Shown here in pieces: positions 12,426-23,509 of a DNA stretch of 64,000 bases. Location: NCBI RefSeq assembly GCF_030684315.1, contig NC_081392.1, positions 620,001-684,000 on the forward strand, read 5' to 3'. Source of the stretch: Stegostoma tigrinum. Its lineage: Eukaryota. The notes beneath the pieces are model-generated. The model was given only the letters and a program-made list of their open reading frames with translations. It did no database searches and was not told the DNA's origin. Numbering within the stretch: position 1 is the stretch's first letter; each line of letters starts with the position of its first letter. Position numbers and translations under genes: made by a program.

Positions 12426-13068
12426 ATGAGCTTATTCATCTTTCTCTCTTTATTGTTCGGACGGTGTATCCAACGTAAGTGTTGAACAGCGGAAAACTGT
12501 TTTGCAAACTGTAAAATTGGAGAAAAAAGTCTATACACAAACTGAAGGCGATTCAGTCATAGCTTTAAAGAGAATATTGGATAAATAATTGAAAGAGAAA
12601 ATTGTACAGCTGAATGAAAGATAGGGTGCTGGAACTAAACTTTTAACTAGTTGGCGGCGTCTGATGGGCACAATGACACACTTCTATGCTAGGTTTTTCT
12701 ATTATTCGAACTCATTTATTTTTGTTTTTCATGTTTAGGAGTGAAGGCTGCACCTAACGTGCTCCAGTTTCCTCCCGCGGCTGCGATTTCACTGGAACAG
12801 TCTCTCACTCTGGGCTGCAGTTTGGAGGGAGGTAGCATGAGCACCTACACCCATGTTTTGGTATAGGCAAAAGGAACGCCTTTTCGAGTTGGTATGCAGT
12901 GGGTATGGCAGCTGTGGAAACGATTTTGAGACACGATTTGTCGTTCAGCACGTAGCTGGACTCAATAAATTCAACCTGCAGCTGAACAACCCCAAAGGCA
13001 CAGACTCTGCGACCTATTTTTGCGCCGCAAGGCACAGTACAAAACTGCAACAGACAGATACAAAAACA
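12426..13068 (+). pseudogene. TRBV: Inverted V pseudogene (leader 12426-12474, V exon 12739-13032, RSS 13033-13068)
   Basis: Leader MSLFIFLSLLFGRCIQ|GTAAGT. The V exon aligns without gaps to the 10877 V except for an extra C at 12850-12852, giving a stop at 12864-12866. RSS is CACAGTA + only 20 nt + ACAAAAACA. Confidence 0.9.
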
Positions 13069-13685
13069 TTCTTAAAGCATGCCCCAAAGCACATTTATAA
13101 GATCCTGCGGCAATTCTCTGCCATCAGAATTCTGGCATTTCTGTGGTACTTTGCAGACTGTGGGACATTCTAAAAAGCCCTTTCATCAATCGAATCGTCT
13201 CTTTTAATATTCGTCACTGTTTTACTCTTGGAGATAAGGCAGAAAAATACGCGATAAGCTCCCAAGCATAACAAACAAGGGTCAGAACATCGCATTCATT
13301 TTACATGAGTTTCAAAAAATTCTCTAGATATACACACTGACAGCACTGTAAAAAGTCCACCCACCGACCACACCTCATCTCCCCCTCCCCCGCCCCAGAT
13401 ACCCTACTGCACTCGTACCCAATGGCTATGCCGCAAATACGCAGTATCATTTCGTAGTATCAGACTATACATTGTTGATGTAGTCTCTAAATGTGACTAA
13501 TGTCTCTAAATTTAACCCACAATCCTACAACTAGGAGAGTGCTGCCAACTGAACCAATCTGCACTGGATATGATTTGATGTTACCGAACGCTTCTGCGCC
13601 ACCAGAGACTTATTTTAGTCAAGTTAAATGCTCAATATAGAGTACACATTATATAAGAGATGGTAAGAATTGCCGGTACTAGAGT

Positions 13686-13830
13686 AGAGATAACACAGGA
13701 GCAGGAAAGCTGACGTTTCGGGTCGGGACCTTTCTTCAGTATAAAAGGGGTCCCGACCCGGAACGTCAGCTTTTCTGCTCCTGTGATGCTGACTGGTCTG
13801 CTGTGTTCCTCCAGCTCCACACTGTGTTAC
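13686..13830. mobile_element. Palindromic Penelope-derived short element
   Basis: Inverted arms around 13741-13746; minus-strand core CTGAAGAAAGGTCCCGACCCGAAACGTC. Confidence 0.75.
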
Positions 13831-14711
13831 ACATTATATAATGCTTCTTGTTTACAATGTCGTGTGAAATCCAAACCCGTTCAAATTGAATCTTGTTTAA
13901 AGCTGTCAAAAGAACTCACGAACATCGCCACACTTCGTGGATCTGATGTGATGGCACCTGGCAACGTTACATGAGAAAAAGCGTCATTTTTTGAAGCAAC
14001 CGTTGACTGCGCACCCGCGCCGAAGTTCACTCAGAATTGAAGTAATTCATTAATTTCAACAAACAGTTCTAGCATTTTCTAACCAGATATACAAATAAAT
14101 TGTAACAGAAACAGAAATTGCTGGAAAAACTCAGCAGGTCTGGCAGCATCTGTGGAGGGAAATCAGAGTTAACGTTTCGGGCCCCTTGATCCTTCCTCAG
14201 AACGCAGAAATATATTGTTTTGGGCTACTTCTCCAACAGCGTAGATATCTTGCACAGGATTATATTAATGTCTCGGAAATAATGCGCCAAGTTTTCTAGC
14301 CATAAAACGTTTGGTGGAAATATAAGCTGTGTGGATAGAAAGAAACTGCAAAAGACAGCAGCCAGGTCAAGTGAGTAAACACGAGGTGAAAAGCGGGTAT
14401 GTAATGCGGGCATAAGTGTGGGGTTATTCAGTTTGTTACTAAAATTAGTCAAACAAAACATTTATAATGCTTGAAACTTTTGAATGCTGATTTTCAAAAA
14501 GGCCCAGATTGTACTATTACACGGAACAGAGAAAGCCAGGAGGCAGGTAAGCTAGTGCTGTGCAAGAAAACGGAAGCATAAGAGTCAGAGACAGCACAGT
14601 GTGGAGCTAGAGGAACACAGCAGGCCAGGCAACATCAAAGGAGCAGGAAAGTTGATGTTTCGGATTTAAAGAAGCGTCCCGACCCGCAACGTCAACTTTC
14701 TTGCTCCGTGA

Positions 14712-17620
14712 TGCAGTGCCAATCAAGCAGGCTGCTTTGTCCTGGATGATGTCAATCTTCTTGAGTGTTGTTGGAGCTGCATTCATGCAGGCAAATGAGG
14801 AGTATTCCATCACACTCCTGACTTTTGTCTCGTAGACGACGAACAGGCTTTGAGGAGTCAGGAGATGAGTCCGTCTCCGCAGAATACCCAGTTTCAGATC
14901 TGCTTTTGTAGCAATTGCGTTTCTGTGGTGAGACCGCCTGAGTTTCTGGTCAGTGATAACTCCCAGATGTTGATAGTTGGGGGGATCAGTGATGGTAACA
15001 CTGCTGAATGCCATGGGGCAGTGTTGTATTGTCTCTTATTTGTGGCCATCATAGTCAGACATTTGTGTGGCACAAATGTTACTTGCCACTTGTCATTCCA
15101 AGCCTGGATATCGTTCAGATCTCGTTGGATTTGCACATGGACTGCTTTAGTTTCTGACGTGTCACGAATGGTGCCAAACATTGTGCAATCATCAACAAAC
15201 ATCTCCACTTCTGACATTATGATGGAGGGAAGATCTTTGATGAAGCAGCTGAAGATGGTTGCACCTAGGACACTACCCTGAGGAACTCCTGCAGAGATGC
15301 TCTGGAGCTGAGATAATTGACCTCGAACAACCACGACCATCCTCCTATGTGTCAGATATAACTTCAACCACTGGAGAGTTTGCCCCCTGATATCCATTGA
15401 TTCCAGCTTTGCTAGGGGTCCTTGATGCCATACCTAGTCAAATGTAGACTTGATATCAAGAGCTGTCACTCTCACCTCACCTCTGGAATTCAGCTCTTTT
15501 GTCCATTTTGAACCAAGGCTGTAATAAAGTCAGGAGTTGAATAGCCACAGTTGAACACAAACTGGGTGTCACTGAGTCGGCTATTGCGGAGCAAATGCTG
15601 CTTCATAGCACTGTTGATGACATCATCCATCACTTTATTAATAATCAAGAGTAAACTAATAAGACAGTAATTGGCTGGGTTGAATTTGTCCTTATTTTAT
15701 GCATATGACATACTTCAGCAGTTTTCTCCATTATCGGATAACTACCAGTGGTGCAAGTGTACTGGAACAGCTTGGCTAGGGGACTGACAAGTTCCAGAGC
15801 ACATGTCTTCAGTGCGCATGCTGGAATGTTATCAGGGACTGTAGCATTCACAGTTTTCATTGTCTCCAGCCGTTTCTTGATATCACATGGAGTGAATCGA
15901 ATTGGCTGAGGACTGGTATCTATTGTACCAGGGACCACTGGAGGAGGCAGAGATAGATCATCCACTTCATCATTGTTGAAGCCAACCTGCCACTTTTCAT
16001 GAGTAGTTTCTGTTCGTTCTCTGGCACCTGGCAGGGTTTGATGCTGATCCCAAATGAGCACCCTTCACGCCTTATCTTTTGCACTGATGTCCTGGGCTCT
16101 TCCGTTTTTTCGAATGGGCATATTCATGGAGCCTCCTCCCCCAGTGAGGTTGTTTAATTGTTCCCCACCATGCATGAGTGGATGTGGCAGGACTGCAGAG
16201 CTTAGATCTGATCCATTGGTCGTGCACTGCAGAGCTTAGATCTGATCCATTGGTCATGGGATCACGTAGCTCTATCTTTGAATTGTTGCTTCTGCTATTT
16301 GGCGTGCAAGTACTCGCGTTTGGTGGCTTCACCAGGTTGATGCCTTATCTTCAGGTATGCCTAGTGCTTCTCCTGGCATGCCCCTCCTGCACTCTTCATT
16401 GAACAAGTGTTAATCTCCTGGCTTGATGGCAATGGTTGAGTGGGAGATATGCTGGGCCATGACGTTACTGATTGTGCTGGAGTACAGTTCTGATGGTCCA
16501 CAGCACATCATGGATGTCCAGCCTTGAGTTGTTTGATCTGAGAGAAGACTGTCCCATTTAGCATGGTGACCAATGCCACACAACATGATGGGGATTATTC
16601 TCAATATGAATGCGGGACTTCATCTCCAAAGAGACTTTGCGGTGGTCACTCTTAACCGATGCTGACGTGGATAGATGCCAGCACACCTGGTAGATTGGTA
16701 AGGATGACGTCAAGTATGTTTTTCTCTCTTGTTGGTTCCCTCACCACCTGCCGCAGACCCAGTCGAGCAGTTATGCCCTTTAGGATTCGGATCAACTCCG
16801 TCAGTTATACTGTTGCTGAGCCATCTTGGTGGTGGACTTTGAATTCCCCCACCCAGAATTCATTTTGTGCCCTTGTTACCCTCAATGTTTCCTCCAAGTT
16901 TAGATCAACATGGATGAGTACAGATTCATCAGCTGAGGGAGGACAGTGTGTGGTAATCAGCAGCAAGTTTCCTTGCCAATGTTTAACCTTAAGCCAAGAG
17001 ACTTCCTAACGTCCAGCGTCAATTTTGAGGACTCCCAGAGCAACTTCATCACAACTGTGTCGCCATGTTTTCTGTGTCTATCCTGCCGATGAGACAGGGT
17101 GTATCCAGGGAGAGTTTTGGTGGTGTCTGAGACATGTCTGAAAGGTTTGAGTCCGTGACTATGACTATGTCAGGCTGTTGTTTAACAAGTTTGTGAGACA
17201 GCTCTCCTAATTTTGGTACTCGCCCCCAAATGTTAATGAGGAGGACTTTGCAGGGTCGACAGGGCTATTTCTGTCGTTATATTTTCCGGTGCCCAGGTAG
17301 ATGCAATGTGATCCTTCCAGTTTCATTTCTTTGTAGCGATTGGTACAACTGAATGGCTTGCTAGGCCAATTCAGAGAGCAACTGAGAGTCAGCCACGTGT
17401 GCTGTGGGGTTGGAGTCACATGTAGGCCAAGCGAGATGAGGATGGCATTGGATAGGCCAAACCAGGTGAAGAAGGACATTAGTGAACCAGATGGGTTTTT
17501 ATTTTCGACAATCGACAATGGTTTCATGGTGATCAGTAAGCTCTTAATTCCAGAGATTTTATTGGATTCAAATTCCATCATTCACCGTGGCAGGATTCGA
17601 ACCCGAATCCCCAGAACATG
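14712..17620 (-). mobile_element. CR1-group LINE, near full length, single decayed ORF (APE endonuclease + RT)
   Basis: The RT motifs GVPQGSVLG and FVDD are in ORF 14894-15397. The APE N-terminus KVLLINIWG..LGELSHKLVKQQPDIVIVTDS is at ~17150-17250. The 5' end carries a tRNA-like B box (GGGTTCGAATCC on minus, ~17593-17604). Confidence 0.85.
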
Positions 17621-18123
17621 TAGATTCCGTGCAATTCTACCGAACAAAATGCCAAAATTTGGAAAAAGAAGTGCCAGCTACAAAGAATTCTGAGGATTAA
17701 CTTGAACATTTAGGATTAACATTAACTCTGTCTCTCCAGGAATGCTGCCAGACCTACTGGGTTTGTCCAGAATTCCCCGCCTTTGTTTAGGATTTCCATT
17801 ATTCGCAGTATTTTGCTTTTATGTAATAGACAAGCCAATTAGATGGATGTTTTCCCTCGCGATATCTCTTCAAAAATTCCTTCGTAATTAGCAGAGTTAA
17901 GCAGAGGGCCTGGAATCACAGGCACGTGTAATGGCCGATTATCGCCAACAAGAAACAGTGGAGATATTGTTTTGAAGCATGTCATTGATTGCTTCTTAAC
18001 GTATGATTCCTATTTAACTAATTGAAGCAGATCTGAATCTGGCCTGTCTGCAAGATCAGCAGCCGAGAAATACCACCTTGCCACCACGTTGCTTCATGAT
18101 TGCTTCCAGTTCATTGCTGTTAT

Positions 18124-18441
18124 TAGATTAGGTTAAATTAGATTCCCTACAGTGTGGAAACAGGCCCTTCGGCCCAACAAGTCCACACCTCCCCTTGAAG
18201 CATCCCACTCAGACCCACCCCCCTATAACCCACGCAGCCCCAGAACACTATGGGCAATTTAGCATGGCCGATCCACCTCGCCTGCACATCTTTGGACTGC
18301 GGGAGGAAACCGGAGCACCCGGAGGAAACTCACGCAAACACTGGGAGAACGTGCAAACTCCACACAGACAATCGCCCGAGGCTGGGATCGAACTTGGGTC
18401 CCTGGACCTGTGAGGCTACAGTGCTAACCACTGAGCCACCG
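18124..18441 (-). mobile_element. tRNA-derived shark SINE (HE1-like)
   Basis: Same family; (AATCT)n tail at 18124-18142. Confidence 0.9.
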
Positions 18442-19239
18442 CAGCGGAAGAACAGAAGTGAGCATCAACCTCCTGACAGTTTGATTTTATCTGATGTATT
18501 ATAATAGTGAACCAAATGCCGCGTTCCTACCTCGACAATTGTTTCAATTCTATTATAATTTAAGGAAGGATGTCCAGACCTCAGAAAGATTGTAGAGTAG
18601 GTTTGCAAAAATGGAGTGACGGATAAGGTTCCACAATCATAAGGCGTGATGGAAGAGGACAGGGTGGATTTGATGGGGAAAATAACTGCAGGTGAACTTC
18701 GAGATGGGGTAACTAATTCAGACAGAGAGAAAGAGAGAGAGATTGAGATCCAAAGGGAAATACCAAGGTGTTTGAAACAGAAGGACGCATTTCAAATTCT
18801 CTACCTTGTCACAACAGAAGGCTTTCTTTTTTGACATCCTCGCCAAAAGTTAGAAAGTTTCTCTCTTTTGATCATCTGAAAGATCACATACGATAGCTAA
18901 TTTATCTCTCACCCTCAAATAACTAAAATGTGAGCAGTAGGCGGGAAGATACTCTCTCGTCTACTCATGCTGTTCCACACATACATAGTGCACTATAGCA
19001 TACAAACCGTCCAACCACCTAAGTCAGCGGCTGAAACAGAGGGAAAGAACAAGAGAACGACAGACCAATTTCAGCAAGGGATCCGTGACCATGAAACTTA
19101 AAAATTAAGGGGTAAGTCCCCTGTGTTTGCGCAAGGAATTGAGAATCTGGATGGAAATACCGTGTAGAGCAGGATCTCGGGGGAGAACAAAAGAACACGT
19201 TACCAAAGCCTACAGACTGGGGCTTCTGAACTGTGAAAA

Positions 19240-19990
19240 ACTAACTGCTGAAGCTGGAAATCAGACACAAAATCAGAAATTACTGGATAATCTTAGCAGG
19301 TCTGACAGCATGTGTAGGGCAAGGTAGAGTTAACGTTTTGGGCTCAGTGACCCTTCTTCAGAACGGATGGTAGCTAGGGAAGGATGGTACTTATGTTGGT
19401 GAAAGAGTGGGGAGACGAAGCGCAGGCTAGGTGACTGCTTTGTAGCACGGTCTGACCGCAAACATGAGCCTGATCTTTCCATTGCCTGCCAATTCAACAC
19501 ATCACCGCGTTCACTGGCCAACTTCTCTGACTCGGGCTCGCTACAGTGCTGCATCGAAGTTCAGCGCAAGCTGGAAGAACATTACCTCATTGTGTGCTTG
19601 AGAACCCTGCAACCTTCTGGACTCAATATCAAGGTCAATCATTTTAGCGCTTAAGCACGTTCTCTCATGTCTTTAACCTCACATCCACAAACCAGATCTT
19701 GTCATCACATAGTCTACCGCCACCAACAACTCATTAACAGCCACTAACAGTCCCCATTCATTCACCCAGGCTGACCTTTACCCATTCCTTTTGAGTGCCC
19801 AACTGTGTTTCTGACCATCTGGGCTTCATCTGCACCTATCGTTACTCCCTTCCCCCACCTTACCCACCCATCCTCTAGTACAAATATCAATCTTTTACTA
19901 GCTTCCATCGGTTCCAAAGAAATCACTGAACGAAACCTCAAGTCTGCTTTCTCTCTGCAGATGCTGACAGACCTACTGAGTTTTCCAGTA
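19240..19990 (+). mobile_element. Penelope 3' fragment (GIY-YIG endonuclease remnant) with inverted terminal copy
   Basis: GETKRRLGDCF at ~19410-19442 matches the GIY-YIG YIGETxRxLxxRF motif. The terminal repeat at 19250-19365 is inverted relative to 19910-19990. Confidence 0.7.
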
Positions 19991-20608
19991 ATTTATGTAA
20001 AGTTGAAAATGGAACTGTGGTTCCCCAATTATTTTTCCACCACCCATAACACCAATGGTTTAGTTGTCTGTGTCTTGCTGTGTGAATGATTTGGAATTTC
20101 AAAAAGGTTTTAGAGTTGCAACTAGCAGAGATATGTGTTGACAGCTCATCGTTCTTCTAATTAGAATTAGCTTTGTCTGTATTAAGTAACAGTTATTGTC
20201 AAGTATGGGAGCTTGGTCAGAGTTTACTGTTAATTGGGTTCCATCAGACAATTAAATTAGTGATCTTCTTATTTAGATTGAATTTTTAACTATTGTGTTC
20301 ACCCCAGGAATGGAGCATGAAAATCAGCACCCCTATGCTTCACTGGTGAAAGTAAGAGCTACTCTTGGATAGTTAACATTTTTCAAATTGCAACTTTATC
20401 TCGTGGTCCATCATTGTACTCATTACAAAAGTGTCAGTTTAACCCATGATGTGAGGACACTAAGTCTGAATCAGGTATTCCTAGACTCTCGTTTTCACTT
20501 AATAACGTTCTTCATGGATCTTCACACATCTATATCCTACAATACTCTGATCTCTCTTCTCTCTTTTCCTTTCATACCTTTCCCATATGGTTGTGCATGT
20601 CTGTAGGG

Positions 20609-20943
20609 CACTGTTCTATTCCACATGCATAATATTGCATCATCCCAAATTCAGCATAAAACTCAAACGGAATTCCAATCTCTCAGCACATCCAAGACGT
20701 AGCTGAAACCATACAGTCTGGTTTCTAATCCTGGAACTTGCATAAAACCACCTGTATTATACGGATCGTTATTTTCTTCCAACCGGTATTCAATTTAGCT
20801 CATTAGATTACCACTAATATTTCTGGTATCCACCTGGTAGCAGTAGTCCTGAGATACCGTTGCAAAAGTTTTTAAAATTTCTATAGACACTGAATGCTTG
20901 CCTTCCCTCAACCTCTTGGTTTTGAAGAGGCAATCTGACTAAG
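20609..20943 (-). pseudogene. Possible highly decayed V relic on the minus strand
   Basis: Ordered fragments LSQIASSKPRG*GKASIQC ... YCYQ (W-to-C?) ... DDAI-x-C-M-W-N followed by AACAGTG, at roughly V-domain spacing, with many stops and frameshifts. Confidence 0.3.
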
Positions 20944-21069
20944 GCATACTTTGGGATCTTTTATATTGCTGTCAGTTCCTTGCAAGGGCCTCCATTTTCA
21001 ACTTTACTGAACAATGTGATCGGGAAAGAATACACAAGGTGCTACTTTTCGTTCTCTTGATATGTTTGG

Positions 21070-21365
21070 AGCGCACAGTGGCTCAGTGGTTAGCACTGCT
21101 GCCTCACAACACCAGGGACCCGGGCTCGATTCCACCCTCGGGTGACTGTCAGAGTGGAGTTTGCACGTTCTCCCCGTGTCTGCGCGTGTTTGCTCCGATT
21201 TCCTCCCACAGTCCAAAGGTCTGCAGGCTAGGTGTTTTGGCCATAGTGTTCAGGGATGCGTGGATTAGGTGAGTTTATACGGGGGTGGGTCTGGGTGAGA
21301 TGCTCTGGGGGTCGGTGCGGACTTGTTGAGCCGAGAGGCCTGTTTCCACACTGTAGGGATTCTGC
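21070..21365 (+). mobile_element. tRNA-derived shark SINE (HE1-like)
   Basis: GTGGCTCAGTGGTTAGCACTGCTGCCTCAC head and family body. Confidence 0.88.
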
Positions 21366-22587
21366 GATCTATGTTCTGAAATTCTCTGAAAGAGTGTTTC
21401 CTTCCTGTGTGATCCACTGGTTGTACCAACTGTAGTTTCTAAATCCTTCACTTATTCTGAAGGAGTATGAGATGTTTCCACCTTTTGTCGTGACTCATGA
21501 GCATTAGACCTAGGACTATTGACTTTCGGAAAAGACAGGGCCGAACTCCCTTGAGGAAAAGCAAAGTGGAAATGGTAACACATGATCTTATTGATGGGGA
21601 CAGCGAAAATCTTGTTCCCGTGTCTCTGCTCAAACGATGCTACTAAGCTAAGGTCGCTTCCCTTCTTCGAAAGAAGAGGGAATATCATATTTGTTAGACA
21701 TGAAATCGCCATATGAATCAATGTTGAAAGTCCATTAAGCAGCCATCTTTATTCGATAAGGCATATGAAACAAAAACCGAAAAGCTTGAAGAACGGTCAC
21801 TGGATGTTGACTCTGCTTTTCTCTCAACAAATGTTTCCAGACCCGCCGAGTTTCTCCAGCAATTTCTGTTTTTGTCATATAACAATAACTCTATACCTTT
21901 TTAATGACTGGTATCAATGAATCTATATTTTCGGTTCTTTCAGCGATTTATTTTAAAAGATGGTAATCAATTTCGCGTTACAGTAAACTGCTACAAATTC
22001 GGTGACAAAAACAGAAGCTGCTGAGAAAGCTCAACAGGCCTGGCAGCATCTGCGAAGATAAGAACCAGACTTAACATTGCGGGTCTGGTGACCTTTCCTC
22101 AAACTGCAATTCTGAGGTGCTGATGCCGCCAGACCTGCGGAGCCTTTCCTGCAACTTCTGCTTTTGTTCCTGGTTTACATCAGCCACAGTTCTTTCCGTT
22201 TTATACAAATTCGGTGGTGGATCCAAAAAGCGAACCCAGTGGCCTGAAGACCTCGCGGGTGCCAGCTGTCAGGGCTCATCCACTTACTTTCAAATTATTA
22301 AACTTAATCTTAAATAATATTTGTATCTATTCTAATATTAAACGGATTATAACGTAAGTTCTAAAGGCCCGCCTACATCTTCAAGAATGAAAATTGATGC
22401 AAAGTGCTTATTATTTTCTTGCTATATACTCTTGCCTTTGTAACATCTCCTTGAATATTCTCAAATGGCCCAGGCAAGTACTTCTGAATTATCTAGATGT
22501 TCTGTGAAGCCTTTTGCATGTACTAGTTATGTTAAATGTGCAATTCAAATGCACGTTATTCTTGCTTGCTTTAGCAACACGGACATT

Positions 22588-22606
22588 GCGCCTCCAGAGG
22601 GAGATG
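22588..22606 (+). promoter_or_regulatory. CTCF-like motif
   Basis: GCGCCTCCAGAGGGAGATG resembles the CTCF core CCASYAGRKGGC and lies in unique CpG-containing sequence. Confidence 0.4.
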
Positions 22607-23509
22607 TTGACTCACAAACGCGGCGAGCCTTTGGCACAAGACACTTTTAACGAAAGATCTCCGCCTTCCACTGGGGTGTTTATTCATATTGTGATTTCTT
22701 ATTTCCACATACAAGAGGCAATTAATGAGATTTGATGTGGAAGTATATTACCTAAAGGAGGAGTACAGGAGAAATTGGCAGAAGCAATGACAGGAAGTGC
22801 AACTGAGTGAGCGACCGAGAACGAGGGACGCAAGAGGGAGAACGACAGAAATGAAGGCATAAATATATGCAAAATCAGAAAGAGATGGATATACAGAGGG
22901 CGAGAAAATGAGATTAGGGAAAAATTAGGGGAAAGACAAATTAAGTAATACAGCAACAGGGCCGAGAGACAGAGAGATACTGGGAGAGAAAACCTTTGCT
23001 TGCATAAATGTTTCTTTGCCGCTGACCTAAGTTTTGCAGTGCAGCAAATTGTATCTCTATATTTAATACTTCTCCTTTAACCTCGTAAGAGTTTTGCGGA
23101 CAACATTCACACTTGCAGAGATAACATTACTGGAAAAAAGGCCAAGATTCAGAGCATGTTAATAAATAGCGATATTACACGGAGACCTGGCGTTTAACGT
23201 TAGCCACATTGTTTTAGATGCAGATGAGCTTTTTTCTTTTAAAATCAAGATTTGGAAAGATGTTTTCAAATTTGCCTGCGTGTGAGAAAGGGGTGGTTTT
23301 TTGTTAATAATGGATCTCCTGTATTTGTCTCTGCCCCTGTTCAAAGTCTTACAAAACTATCGTCCAGCCAATTTACTGACCCGAATTTGCTCCGCGCGGA
23401 AGTTATTCAATTTCAAGTATATTATCTTCACCCTCGAATCCATTTATGAGCCAGTCTCTTCGTTCACCTGAAATCACATTCGGCCTTGCAACTGTGCGCG
23501 TGTCCCTAT

